From contig JBDRBK010000211.1 in assembly GCA_043822705.1 (NCBI GenBank), positions 1-38,126 on the forward strand: a stretch of DNA of 38,126 nucleotides, given 5' to 3'. This document shows, in pieces, positions 7,397 through 17,250 of the stretch. The notes beneath the pieces are model-generated. The model did no database searches, was not told where the DNA came from, and saw only the letters and a list, made by a program, of their open reading frames with translations. This stretch comes from Fidelibacterota bacterium. GTDB lineage: Bacteria; Fidelibacterota; Marinisomatia; Marinisomatales; TCS56. Made by a program: the position numbers and the translations under genes. Numbering within the stretch: the stretch's first letter is position 1; each line of letters begins with the position of its first letter.

Positions 7397-10300
7397 ATGC
7401 AAAACCGTAAATGGTCGTTGTTGACAATTCTGTTATTGATGACGTTTATCTGGGCGCAACCGGATATTTCCGTTGCCCCGCTACAGTTTGATATCGCTCT
7501 TTCGCACTACACCAATGATCTGGTAGCCGACTGCACCCTGTCGATTACCGATAACGGTGACGGCCTGGAGTTTGGCTGGCAAGAAATTGATTCCAATCCG
7601 ACATTGACCTTTACCAAGGCTGATTATGCCGATTGGACCCTGCCGCAAAACCAGGATCGCATAAGCAGCAGCGTCTGGATCGCCCGCAAGGATAACCAGT
7701 CACTGTATAATGCCGCGAGTGAAGTTGGTTATAATAATCCCTATTATAATGATCCGATTTCACCGGCTGGCACCTTATGGCATTTTGATGGGATTGTTCC
7801 GGTACGGGGAATTTCTACCGGCCCCGCGGGTTACTGGTCTTTCGTGCAGGCCAACAACTACGATCCCCAATCGATAATCGGTGTCCCCGGATCGCTGTTT
7901 CTGGTTGCCGACTCGGTTTTTCTGGACATTGTCTTTCACAGTTTTTCCGGTGGCAATACCGGCGGAGGTTTCTCGTATACCCGTGAATCCTACGGTGTCC
8001 CCTGGATGACAGTCGAGGATATGAGCGTGCGTGCCGGGAGTTGGGCGCTGAACGTGAATTTTGATGCGACGAATCTTGTCAAAGGCAACTATGCGGCCAG
8101 TATCGTGATCACCTCCAACGATGCCGATACACCGGAAATTACCATTCCGGTGTCCCTGACGGTTGATGGGCCGGTTCCGGTTGTTAGCGTTACACCGGTT
8201 GCGATCGATGCCGGAACGCTGGTGCAGGGTGAATCGGATTCGACCACCCATAAAATTGTTATCACTAATACCGGCGATGCCGATCTGTACTGGAACCTGA
8301 GTTTTGAAGATCTTACCCCCGGAGAAGAGATTTATTTTGAGAAGCAAGACTATGCTAATTGGAATCTGCCGGAAAACCAGGATCGAATCACCGACGATGT
8401 TTGGCTGACGCGTCAGAATAATAACGGATTATTCAATATTGCTGTTGAAGGTTCTTGTGATGATTATACCTCACCATCCGGGACCGAGTGGTGGTGGGGA
8501 CCGACTAACCAGTTCGACCCGACGGAAGATTCCTATGAGGCCTTTAAACCGGCAGCAAATTTTGAGCTATCGGATTTGCCGGAATCCGTCATGTCCCTGC
8601 ATTTGATCGATGAAGATCGTTATTACGATGTCTATTTCCACGATTGGTCCTGCTGCGATAATGGCGGTTTTGCTTACACCCGCATGACACCGGACTATAA
8701 ATGGATTGGCGGTTCAAAAATCGATGGCATCGTACCGGGCACGAGCACGGAAACTGTGCGGGTCCTCAGTGTAGGCCAATCAGACACCGTCGACGTATAT
8801 TTCATGTCTGGCCGGATTCCCGGCGGTGATTACTCAGGTAACCTGACGCTGCAAACCAACGACCCGCTCAACCCGGAAATCGTAATTCCCGTCCAACTGA
8901 ATATTTTTGTACCGCCACCGATTGCCGCAGTTAATGTGGAAAGTATCGATGCCGGAACGTTGATACAGGGCGAATCGGACGTGACAACGCATAAAATCAT
9001 TCTCACCAATACCGGAGAGGGTGATCTGAACTGGCGGGCGAAGTTCATCGATAACAGCCCGGTGGCAGTCTATTTTGAAAAAGCTAATTACGCCGATAGG
9101 ATGCTTCCGGAGAATCAGGACTTCATCACTGAAAATGTGATTTTAACCAGGGCCGATGAAGAAGGACTGTTCAATATTGCTCAGGAGTATTATTACACCG
9201 ACAATAATTCACCATACGGCACCGAATGGTCTTCGTACCCGACCAGCGAATCGAGCCCGGAGGATTATGGTTCCTGGCGCAATAACGCCCATCCCTATAA
9301 TGGCGGCCCCGGACTCGGCGCGCCGACATCGCTGCATTTAATCGATGAAGATATCTACTTTGATGTGATATTCCATACCTGGACCTCAGGCGAAGATGAG
9401 GGTGGCGGCGGTTTCTCCTATACCCGCAGCACACCGCAGTACCACTGGATTGACGCTGAGATGAATTCCGGTGTGATCCCGGGTTACGGAAGTTTACGGA
9501 CACTCAGCGTGGGGCAATCCGATACGATCGATCTTTACTTCTACTCTGAGGATATTCCCGGCGGTGATTACTGGGGTGACATCATCATTAAAACCAATGA
9601 TCCGGTGAATCCTGAATTTGTGATTCCGGTAACGTTGAATATCTACGAACCACTACCGGTGATCAGTGTGGATGTGACTGCAATCAACGGTACCGCATCG
9701 CTTTACGATGAAATCGCCACCGATACCGAGCAGATTACGATCACCAACAGCGGCGATGCCGACCTGATCATCGAGATGACGCTGGAAGGTGGCGGCATCC
9801 CGGTAACCTTTACGAAGATGGATTATGCCGACTATACCAATCCCGCCAATCAGGATTACATCACCGAAAATGTGATCATCACCCGTCAAACCTACCAGGG
9901 CATTTTCAATATTGCCGTGGAAGCCAGTTATGACCGGAATTATGGCCGTTATGCTCCCACCGGTACTTTATGGGCACGGGGCGCCACCAAGTTTGCACAC
10001 CCGGAAAGTTATACCACCTGGTACAACGCCACCAACCGCCTGTACCAGAACGGTATGAACGAAGTCTTCTCAATGTACTTAACGGAAGACGACCTGTATT
10101 TTGATGTGGTATTTCACCAATGGACTGCCGGTGGGCAGGGTGGCGGTTTTTCCTACACCCGCACACCGGCTTACCCGGGCTGGGTCTGGCTACCGGTTGC
10201 TAACGATACAATTACCTATGATCAACCTGATCGGGCAGCGGAAACCTATGCCGTCGAATTCGACGCCACTGGTTTGGAACCGGGCTATTATCATTCCGAA

Positions 10301-12034
10301 TTGATAATCCGCTCCAATGATCCCCTCCAACGGAAAATTGTGCTTCCGGTGGAATTTTTTGTGGATGGGCCGATGCCGACCGTGGATTTGCTGCCGGCAA
10401 ATATCGATCTATCGTTGAAGGCCAACGAAATCGACACCAGCCTGAGCGTCAACATCGCTAACAACGGTGACGCGGATCTGTTGTGGTCCTTGCGGATCGA
10501 TAACCCCAATCCCGAGACTGTAACTTTCACGAAGGAAGACTGGGCGGACTGGTATCTGCCGCAAAACCAGGACCGGATTACTAACAGTGTCTGGATTACC
10601 CGGGCCGATTTCCGCGGTATATTTAACATGGCCCGTGAATCAAGCTACAGCGATGGAGATCGTGCCCTTGCACCGCCCTTGGGCGGCGATGGTGCTTCTC
10701 CGATTGGCACTGTTTGGGCTCCGGGACCCACCAACAATGTACGTCCTGAGATGTACACCAGTTGGGAAAATGCTGTCAATGAAAATCCGCCGGCTTCGGT
10801 AGGCAGGACCTATTCGATGTACCTGTACTGGGATAACCTGTACTTCGATGTCACCTTCAATCATTGGACGATCGGTGAATATGGTGGCGGCGGTGGTTTC
10901 TCCTACACCCGTACCCAGGTTGGTGCGCCATGGTTGGAAACCGCATCCCGTGATGGGCAGGTACCATTCGGTACGGCCCAGGACGTGAAACTGAAGTTTG
11001 ATACCTACAACATGCCCGGCGGTGATTATTACGCCAATATTTTTGTGCGCAGTAACGGCTACGACGGCGCCGAAGGTATGATTCCGATCCACTTGTTCGT
11101 GGATGGTCCCGTCCATACTCCGGTGATCACCGGGGTTGTCGATGTGCCAGCCGATCAGGGCGGTTGGGTCCGCGTTTTCTTTAATCGCAGTTTCTTCGAT
11201 ACCGATGTGCCTGCCGACCCAACCCGGGCGGCCGAAGCCTACACGGTTGAGATAAACGATGGCAGCGGCTGGACCGCCGCCACGACAACTGTGGCATATG
11301 GTCAGGAAAGCTATTCCGTACTGGTGCCGACCACCCGAGACTCGATCAATGCCGAACAGAATGGCATCATCGGATTCAGGGTCGTAGCCGGACTGGAAGA
11401 AGGCAACTGGATCAGTGCCGCAATGGAAGGTTATTCCGTTGATAATATCGCGCCTATGGCACCGACCGGTTTATTGGCAGCTGTGTCCGAAGGGGCGGTT
11501 AACCTGACCTGGGATGAATCCGCAGCCGAAGATCTGGGCTATTTCAAGGTTTATCGCAGCGCGGTCGATAATTTCGTTCCGTCAACAGAAAATCTGATTG
11601 GCACTACCGAAACGACCCTGTTTGTCGATACGGAGATATCGCAGGTTGGCCAGTACTATTACCGGGTATCGGCCATGGACGCCAACGGCAATGAGAGTGA
11701 GTATTCGACGGTGACGATGGTTGTGTTGTCCGCCGAAGATGGTTTTGGTCTGCCGCGGAAATTCGCCCTGCACCATAACTATCCGAATCCGTTTAACCCG
11801 GTTACCAGCATCCGTTACGACCTGCCTGCGCAGGCTTTTGTACGGATCAGGGTTTTCGACCTGTTGGGCAAGGAAATCGCCACGCTGGTGAACGGAACCC
11901 AGGAAGCCGGTTACCAGTCGGTCCGCTGGAACGCCACCGACCGTTTCGGACAACCGGTCAGCGCCGGTGTCTATCTGTACCAGATTCAGGCTGGTGAATT
12001 CAGTCAGACCTATAAAATGGTACTGTTGAAATAA
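7397..12034 (+). CDS. Large secreted repeat protein: 5x (Ig-like + inserted unknown domain), FN3, T9SS/FlgD CTD
   Basis: ATG 7397 follows GGAGG; signal peptide ends IWA-Q. Five ~243-aa repeats, an FN3-like APMAPTGL...YYYRVSAMDANGNESEYS module, and a YPNPFNP CTD. Confidence 0.9.
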   Translation: MQNRKWSLLTILLLMTFIWAQPDISVAPLQFDIALSHYTNDLVADCTLSITDNGDGLEFGWQEIDSNPTLTFTKADYADWTLPQNQDRISSSVWIARKDNQSLYNAASEVGYNNPYYNDPISPAGTLWHFDGIVPVRGISTGPAGYWSFVQANNYDPQSIIGVPGSLFLVADSVFLDIVFHSFSGGNTGGGFSYTRESYGVPWMTVEDMSVRAGSWALNVNFDATNLVKGNYAASIVITSNDADTPEITIPVSLTVDGPVPVVSVTPVAIDAGTLVQGESDSTTHKIVITNTGDADLYWNLSFEDLTPGEEIYFEKQDYANWNLPENQDRITDDVWLTRQNNNGLFNIAVEGSCDDYTSPSGTEWWWGPTNQFDPTEDSYEAFKPAANFELSDLPESVMSLHLIDEDRYYDVYFHDWSCCDNGGFAYTRMTPDYKWIGGSKIDGIVPGTSTETVRVLSVGQSDTVDVYFMSGRIPGGDYSGNLTLQTNDPLNPEIVIPVQLNIFVPPPIAAVNVESIDAGTLIQGESDVTTHKIILTNTGEGDLNWRAKFIDNSPVAVYFEKANYADRMLPENQDFITENVILTRADEEGLFNIAQEYYYTDNNSPYGTEWSSYPTSESSPEDYGSWRNNAHPYNGGPGLGAPTSLHLIDEDIYFDVIFHTWTSGEDEGGGGFSYTRSTPQYHWIDAEMNSGVIPGYGSLRTLSVGQSDTIDLYFYSEDIPGGDYWGDIIIKTNDPVNPEFVIPVTLNIYEPLPVISVDVTAINGTASLYDEIATDTEQITITNSGDADLIIEMTLEGGGIPVTFTKMDYADYTNPANQDYITENVIITRQTYQGIFNIAVEASYDRNYGRYAPTGTLWARGATKFAHPESYTTWYNATNRLYQNGMNEVFSMYLTEDDLYFDVVFHQWTAGGQGGGFSYTRTPAYPGWVWLPVANDTITYDQPDRAAETYAVEFDATGLEPGYYHSELIIRSNDPLQRKIVLPVEFFVDGPMPTVDLLPANIDLSLKANEIDTSLSVNIANNGDADLLWSLRIDNPNPETVTFTKEDWADWYLPQNQDRITNSVWITRADFRGIFNMARESSYSDGDRALAPPLGGDGASPIGTVWAPGPTNNVRPEMYTSWENAVNENPPASVGRTYSMYLYWDNLYFDVTFNHWTIGEYGGGGGFSYTRTQVGAPWLETASRDGQVPFGTAQDVKLKFDTYNMPGGDYYANIFVRSNGYDGAEGMIPIHLFVDGPVHTPVITGVVDVPADQGGWVRVFFNRSFFDTDVPADPTRAAEAYTVEINDGSGWTAATTTVAYGQESYSVLVPTTRDSINAEQNGIIGFRVVAGLEEGNWISAAMEGYSVDNIAPMAPTGLLAAVSEGAVNLTWDESAAEDLGYFKVYRSAVDNFVPSTENLIGTTETTLFVDTEISQVGQYYYRVSAMDANGNESEYSTVTMVVLSAEDGFGLPRKFALHHNYPNPFNPVTSIRYDLPAQAFVRIRVFDLLGKEIATLVNGTQEAGYQSVRWNATDRFGQPVSAGVYLYQIQAGEFSQTYKMVLLK
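11752..12034 (+). repeat. 283-bp direct repeat copy 1 (encodes the T9SS CTD)
   Basis: Matches 13565-13847 except for 5 substitutions found by manual comparison. Confidence 0.95.
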
Positions 12035-12056
12035 CCACGGATTTACTAACAGGTGT

Positions 12057-12091
12057 AAAAGCGCCGGTCAGTGATGACCGGCGCTTTTTTT
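12057..12091 (+). terminator. Intrinsic terminator
   Basis: AAAAGCGCCGGTCA-GTGA-TGACCGGCGCTTTTTTT perfect stem with T-tract. Confidence 0.9.
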
Positions 12092-12173
12092 ATTTCAGGA
12101 AAGGATCACAAATCAAGTTGAACTTTTGGGCGGAGACTTGCTAAACTGCACCATTGTCAGAAGGAGTGTAATT

Positions 12174-13847
12174 TTGCGCGTATATCAAATGTCATCCGGT
12201 TATTATTCAGTGATTTTCATTTCATGGTTGGTGATTGCCGCTAATTTCATTTCTGCTACTGATCCGACTGTGGGTTTATTGCAGAATGAGCCGGACTCAT
12301 TTATTGGTTATACTCTTTATACACCGAAATTATGCACTGGTACCTACCTGATAGATAATAATGGTTTGCTGATAAATCAGTGGCAGTCTGATTACACTCC
12401 GTCGGCTTGTGTATATTTACTGGAGAATGGGAACATCTTTCGAGCCACCGGCTTACCGGACCCGGCAGGCGGGGGCGGCGGATTTCAGGAAATAAGCTGG
12501 ACGGGCGAGGTGCTCTGGGAATACGTTTACGGAACCCAGCATCATGACATCGAACCAATGCCAAATGGCAACGTGCTCTTGATTACCAACGATATTAAGG
12601 AATATGATGAATTAATCGCCGCTGGTCGCGATTCGACCCTGATTGATGATGTTATCAGATCATTGACAATTCTTGAGATCGCCAGGAATGACACCGGGGG
12701 CGGGGACATTGTCTGGGCCTGGAATGCCTGGGATCATTTAATTCAGGATTATGATTCCACCAAGCCCGATTATGGTGTAGTTGCCGACCATCCGGAATTG
12801 ATCGACTTAAATTTTGCTGAAGATGGCAACAGTGACTGGATTCATCCCAATTCGATTGATTATAATCCGGATTTCGACCAAGTGATGGTCAGTTGCCGAG
12901 GTTTCAGTGAATTATGGGTGATCGATCACAGCACTACCACCGATGACGCGGCGAAGCATAGTGGTGGTAATAGCGGAAAGGGTGGTGATATTTTATATCG
13001 CTGGGGCAATCCGCGCAGTTATAGTGCCGGTGACTTAGAGGATCAACAGCTTTTTTCCCAGCACAGTGTATGCTGGATTGAACCTGGTATGCCGGGTGCG
13101 GGGAATATTCTAATCTTTAACAATGGACTTGACCGGCCGGCCGGTGTGTTTTCCTCAGTGGTGGAAATAACTACACCAGTGGATGCCCAGGGTAATTACC
13201 CTCTACTACCAGATTCAGCATTCGCTCCGCTGGAACCGGTCTGGATTTATATAGCTGAGACACCAGAGGATTTTTATTCACCCAAATTTTCCAGTGCCCA
13301 AAGATTTCCCAATGGTAATACACTGATCTGTTCCGGCGTCGGTGGTAAGTTCTTTGAGATTGACAGTCTGGGCAATACGGTCTGGCAATATATTAGCCCG
13401 GTCACGCCCTCCGGTCCGGTCTACCAGGGAGCGACGGTTAAAAAGAACGATGTTTATAGTTGTATTCGATATGCGCCTGATTATCCGGGATTAGCAGGGA
13501 AGGATCTTACGCCGGGTGACCCAATCGAATTATATGTTGTCGGTTTAACCGAAAGTTTACCGGCGCCGCGGAAATTCGCCCTGCACCATAACTATCCGAA
13601 TCCGTTTAACCCGGTTACCAGCATCCGTTACGACCTGCCTGCGCAGGCTTTTGTACGGATCAGGGTTTTCGACCTGTTGGGCAAGGAAATCGCCGTACTG
13701 GTGAACGGAACCCAGGAAGCCGGTTACCAGTCGGTCCGCTGGTACGCCACCGACCGTTTCGGACAACCGGTCAGCGCCGGTGTCTATCTGTACCAGATTC
13801 AGGCCGGTGAATTCAGTCAGACCTATAAAATGGTACTGTTGAAATAA
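12174..13847 (+). CDS. Arylsulfotransferase (ASST) family protein with T9SS CTD
   Basis: Motifs QHHDIEPMPNGNVL, DWIHPNSIDY, ILYRWGNP, QHSVCWI, FNNG and SSAQRFPNGNTLI. Start is uncertain: TTG 12174 follows AAGGAG; ATG 12189 is an alternative. Confidence 0.85.
   Translation: MRVYQMSSGYYSVIFISWLVIAANFISATDPTVGLLQNEPDSFIGYTLYTPKLCTGTYLIDNNGLLINQWQSDYTPSACVYLLENGNIFRATGLPDPAGGGGGFQEISWTGEVLWEYVYGTQHHDIEPMPNGNVLLITNDIKEYDELIAAGRDSTLIDDVIRSLTILEIARNDTGGGDIVWAWNAWDHLIQDYDSTKPDYGVVADHPELIDLNFAEDGNSDWIHPNSIDYNPDFDQVMVSCRGFSELWVIDHSTTTDDAAKHSGGNSGKGGDILYRWGNPRSYSAGDLEDQQLFSQHSVCWIEPGMPGAGNILIFNNGLDRPAGVFSSVVEITTPVDAQGNYPLLPDSAFAPLEPVWIYIAETPEDFYSPKFSSAQRFPNGNTLICSGVGGKFFEIDSLGNTVWQYISPVTPSGPVYQGATVKKNDVYSCIRYAPDYPGLAGKDLTPGDPIELYVVGLTESLPAPRKFALHHNYPNPFNPVTSIRYDLPAQAFVRIRVFDLLGKEIAVLVNGTQEAGYQSVRWYATDRFGQPVSAGVYLYQIQAGEFSQTYKMVLLK
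13565..13847 (+). repeat. 283-bp direct repeat copy 2 (encodes the T9SS CTD)
   Basis: Near-identical to 11752-12034; identity ends at the stop codon. Confidence 0.95.
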
Positions 13848-13870
13848 TTCCGCCAAATTGTTGATTAATG

Positions 13871-13906
13871 AAAAGCCACGGGGTTTAACTACCCGGGGCT
13901 TTTTTT
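13871..13906 (+). terminator. Intrinsic terminator
   Basis: AAAAGCCACGGGG...CCCGGGGCTTTTTTT imperfect stem with T-tract. Confidence 0.75.
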
Positions 13907-14012
13907 GTCTTCAACCTGTTCGGTTTATTTGATATTCCGGTTTATTTTCAGCATCGCTGGGAATTGATAAATTGTTAAAAATATCCGTGATGAATAACAG
14001 GTTGGCAGACAA

Positions 14013-16733
14013 TTGAAGCAGCAAACACCGGAACGATCATTGCAACTGCTGACAACTAAAATCTGGTTGCCTCCGGTTCGCGACGGTCTGATTGGGCGCC
14101 CGCAGCTTCTGACCCTGATTGCACAGGCCGGCCAGTATCCGCTCACTCTGGTCTCGGCACCGGCCGGATTCGGTAAAACAGCCTTGATCAGTAGTTGGTT
14201 ACAAGCCACCGGAATCAGCAGCGCCTGGTATTCTTTGGATGACGGCGACAACGATACTGCGCTGTTTCTGACTTACCTGATTGCGGCCCTTAAAAGTATT
14301 TCAGACGTTATCGGCCAGGGTGCCCTGGCTGCCCTGACCGTCCCACGCAAGGCAGCAGTTGAGTCAATCATCATTCCCCTGATCAACGATCTGACAAAAT
14401 TCGGCCGGGACCTGGTGCTGGTCCTGGATGATTATCATATGATCGATAATCAGGAAATTCACCGGGCGCTGGAATTTCTGCTGGACCATGCGCCACCCAA
14501 CCTGCATCTGGTTCTTTCGACCAGGGTGGATCCGCCGCTGCCCCTGGCGCGCTACCGCGGCCGACGGCAATTGCTGGAATTACGGACTGCCGCCCTGCGC
14601 TTCAGCGATAATGAAGTAGATGCCTTGTTCCGAAAAGCTACTGGAAACCGGCTGCCGATTGAGGATATCGCCCTGATAACGCAAACCACCGAAGGCTGGA
14701 TCACCGGGCTGCAGATGGTGATTATGGCAATCGAGGGCCGGTCGGATATTAGTGGCTATTTGCGGACTTTTATCCGGTCCAATCGTTACATACTGGATTA
14801 TCTGTTCGAGGAAGTATTCCGGCAGCAGCCGGAGGAAATCAGATTGTTTTTACTGCGTACGGCCGTGCTGGAAAGTCTGACGCCACCACTCTGTGATTTC
14901 CTGCTGGAAGCCGACGGCAGCGCCGTAATCCTGCGGCAACTGGAACGTTCCAACCTGTTTATTATCCCGTTGGATAACCAGCAGACCTGGTACCGCTACC
15001 ATCACCTTTTCTCCAGCCTGTTGCAGCAACGCCTGCTGCAGGAGCAACCGGATAGTGTCCCCGCATTGCACCTGCGGGCCAGCGAATGGTTCCAGCGGAA
15101 CGGCCTGCCGCAGGTGGCGATCCGGCACGCCCTGGCGGCCGGCAGCTACGATCGGGCCGCGGAGCTGATTGAGAATGAAGTTGAGGCCGCCATCTGTCGC
15201 AGTGAAGTCAGTACGGTGATGCATTGGATCGACCCTATTCCGACCGAGTATCTGCGGGACTACCCGCGTTTACTGGTCTTTCATGCGATGGCACGGTTGA
15301 TGGGCGGCAAACCGCTGGAGGATGTGGAGCAGCGCCTGCGGGAAGTCGAAACCTTGCCGCTGGCGGACAAGGTGGAGGGTGAGTTGACGCTGGTGAAGGC
15401 GCTGATCGCCGCTTACCAGCAGCGCATTCACGACAGCATCCGGCTATCCGAAAGGGCGCTGGAATTATTGCCCGATGAAAGTATTTTTCTGAAAAGTGTA
15501 ATTGCGGGTAATCTGGGATTGGCTCATCTGTATACCGGGAACTGGGCAGTCGCCACCAGGGCACTGGAGCAGGCGGTAGAAATCGGTTTACAAGCCGGCA
15601 ACAAGATGAACACCGTGCTGGCAATGGTCCACCTGGCGGAACTGGCCATGCTGCGAATGGAATTACTGGAGTCGGAGCGGATCTATCGCCAGGCGATTGA
15701 ATTGGTTACCGATGAGCAGGGCCAGATGCTGCCGGTGGCCGGTTTCGGACTGCTCGGGCTGGGGTTTTTATGCCTGGAATGGAACCAACTCCGGCAGGCT
15801 GAAAGCTATTTCCGGCAGGGCGTGGAACTGGTCCGTGGCTGGGGTGAAATCGGCACGTTACAGGGATACATCGGTCTGGCGCAAGTCGCCCAGTTTCACC
15901 ATGATTACCGGTCCGCCGCCGTTTATCTGGATGAGGCCGACCGGATCGCCCGGCAATTTGACGCCATGGTGATTGACGATATATCCGTTGGACTACGTAA
16001 GGCGCAGTTGGCGCTGGCGGAAGGAGAACTGGCGGCGGTGGAAAAATGGGCGGCCGAACGCGAGTTAGGCCCGGAAATTGAACCGGAACTGTTGCAAGGT
16101 GTCCGGACCGGTTCTACCTGGGCGACATTCCTGCGCCAGGCCGAATACATTACGCTGGCCCGGCTATATCGTTATCGTGGGCGCCCGGACTTGGCTCTGA
16201 TGGTGCTGGAATCGTTGGAAACGGCGGCCCGCACAGGAAATAATCATTGGACGCTGGCGGAAATACTGGTTCAGAAGGCGCTGGCCGGTCATTCTCTGAA
16301 AAATTATTCGCTGGCCGTCGATCAATTCATCGCGGCCCTGAAAGTGGCGGCTCCGGCGGGGGTCATTCGCATTTTTCTGGTTGAAGCCGCTCTGGCGGCC
16401 GACCTGTTACAGCTGGCCCGGCGGCAGCTTGCAATTGGTTCCGACGGTCGACCGAAAATCGACGGCGTGTATCTGGATAAGCTGTCCGCGGCGCTGACTG
16501 AACAGGTTTCCGTTGGTCCTGACACAGATTTGAGTCTGCGGGAAATGGAAGTTCTGCGGCAGGCTGCCCGGGGCCTTTCAAACCGCCAGATCGCCGACAG
16601 TTTATTCATATCTCTGAACACCGTGAAAACCCATATGAAAAATATCCACGGCAAGCTGGGGGTCGGTAAACGAATCCAGGCCATCGAGCGGGCCAAAGAG
16701 CTGGGATTATTGAAAAAAGATATTGCATCGTAA
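14013..16733 (+). CDS. MalT-like ATP-dependent (STAND) LuxR-family transcriptional regulator
   Basis: LLTTK..PP...RP.L N-terminus, Walker A APAGFGKT, Walker B VLVLDDYH, TEGW..GL, WYRYHHLF, TPR-like sensor region, C-terminal LuxR HTH (LSLRE.EVL...GLSNRQIA..LFISLNTVKTH). Confidence 0.93.
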   Translation: MKQQTPERSLQLLTTKIWLPPVRDGLIGRPQLLTLIAQAGQYPLTLVSAPAGFGKTALISSWLQATGISSAWYSLDDGDNDTALFLTYLIAALKSISDVIGQGALAALTVPRKAAVESIIIPLINDLTKFGRDLVLVLDDYHMIDNQEIHRALEFLLDHAPPNLHLVLSTRVDPPLPLARYRGRRQLLELRTAALRFSDNEVDALFRKATGNRLPIEDIALITQTTEGWITGLQMVIMAIEGRSDISGYLRTFIRSNRYILDYLFEEVFRQQPEEIRLFLLRTAVLESLTPPLCDFLLEADGSAVILRQLERSNLFIIPLDNQQTWYRYHHLFSSLLQQRLLQEQPDSVPALHLRASEWFQRNGLPQVAIRHALAAGSYDRAAELIENEVEAAICRSEVSTVMHWIDPIPTEYLRDYPRLLVFHAMARLMGGKPLEDVEQRLREVETLPLADKVEGELTLVKALIAAYQQRIHDSIRLSERALELLPDESIFLKSVIAGNLGLAHLYTGNWAVATRALEQAVEIGLQAGNKMNTVLAMVHLAELAMLRMELLESERIYRQAIELVTDEQGQMLPVAGFGLLGLGFLCLEWNQLRQAESYFRQGVELVRGWGEIGTLQGYIGLAQVAQFHHDYRSAAVYLDEADRIARQFDAMVIDDISVGLRKAQLALAEGELAAVEKWAAERELGPEIEPELLQGVRTGSTWATFLRQAEYITLARLYRYRGRPDLALMVLESLETAARTGNNHWTLAEILVQKALAGHSLKNYSLAVDQFIAALKVAAPAGVIRIFLVEAALAADLLQLARRQLAIGSDGRPKIDGVYLDKLSAALTEQVSVGPDTDLSLREMEVLRQAARGLSNRQIADSLFISLNTVKTHMKNIHGKLGVGKRIQAIERAKELGLLKKDIAS

Positions 16734-16768
16734 TTTGAATTGTTTTAATATTAGTTAAGGCCAACTAA
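16723..16768 (+). promoter_or_regulatory. Sigma70-like promoter and MarR operator 1
   Basis: TTGCAT(16723)-17 bp-TAATAT(16746), then the palindrome TTAGTT-aaggcc-AACTAA (16751-16768). Confidence 0.75.
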
Positions 16769-16774
16769 ACAAAG

Positions 16775-17200
16775 ATGAAAAAATACCGTCTGGAGCAACT
16801 GATTGAAATCTTCTCCCAGAACATGGAGCAGTATGAAACCGCCCTGTTTCGGCGCGGGGAATTCGCCAATCTGACTCTGGCCCAGATTCATTACCTGGAT
16901 ACGATCGCCCATCTGGGAAATCCGACGGTCAGCGAATTGGCGCTGGCCATGAAGGTCAGCAAGCCGACGGCGACCCAGACGATGGATAAATTAGTCGCAA
17001 AAGGTTTTGTACGGCGAGTATCGTCGGAAACCGACCGCCGCGTACGTAATCTGCATTTGACAGCAGCCGGTCAAAAACTTACCAACGAACACGATTCCAT
17101 GCACCGCGAGTATGCCGAGTTTTTCCGCCAGGCTTTAAACAGCGAGGAGGTTGAAATGCTGGAAAATCTGCTCGATAAAGTAGTTGATCGATCGGGATAA
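16775..17200 (+). CDS. MarR family transcriptional regulator
   Basis: LTLAQIHYL, TVSELA..MKVSKPTATQ..DKL..KGFV.R, DRRV..L.LT..G. Confidence 0.92.
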   Translation: MKKYRLEQLIEIFSQNMEQYETALFRRGEFANLTLAQIHYLDTIAHLGNPTVSELALAMKVSKPTATQTMDKLVAKGFVRRVSSETDRRVRNLHLTAAGQKLTNEHDSMHREYAEFFRQALNSEEVEMLENLLDKVVDRSG

Positions 17201-17218
17201 ATTTTTTTAAACTAATAA

Positions 17219-17236
17219 TTAGTTAAGACAAACTAA
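17219..17236 (+). promoter_or_regulatory. MarR operator 2
   Basis: TTAGTT-aagaca-AACTAA, the same 6-6-6 palindrome as 16751-16768, just upstream of the RBS of the next gene. Confidence 0.75.
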
Positions 17237-17250
17237 GATAGGAGCTGAAG

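Noticed and set aside
11752..13847. Diversity-generating retroelement (TR/VR pair) as the explanation for the 283-bp repeat
   Set aside because: The five mismatches are not confined to adenines in either copy, both copies are coding CTDs, and no reverse transcriptase is in the window.
14013..16733. True malT maltose regulon (given the GH97 gene in the window)
   Set aside because: Only the family architecture is shared; no mal genes are adjacent and GH97 is ~17 kb away behind unrelated cassettes.
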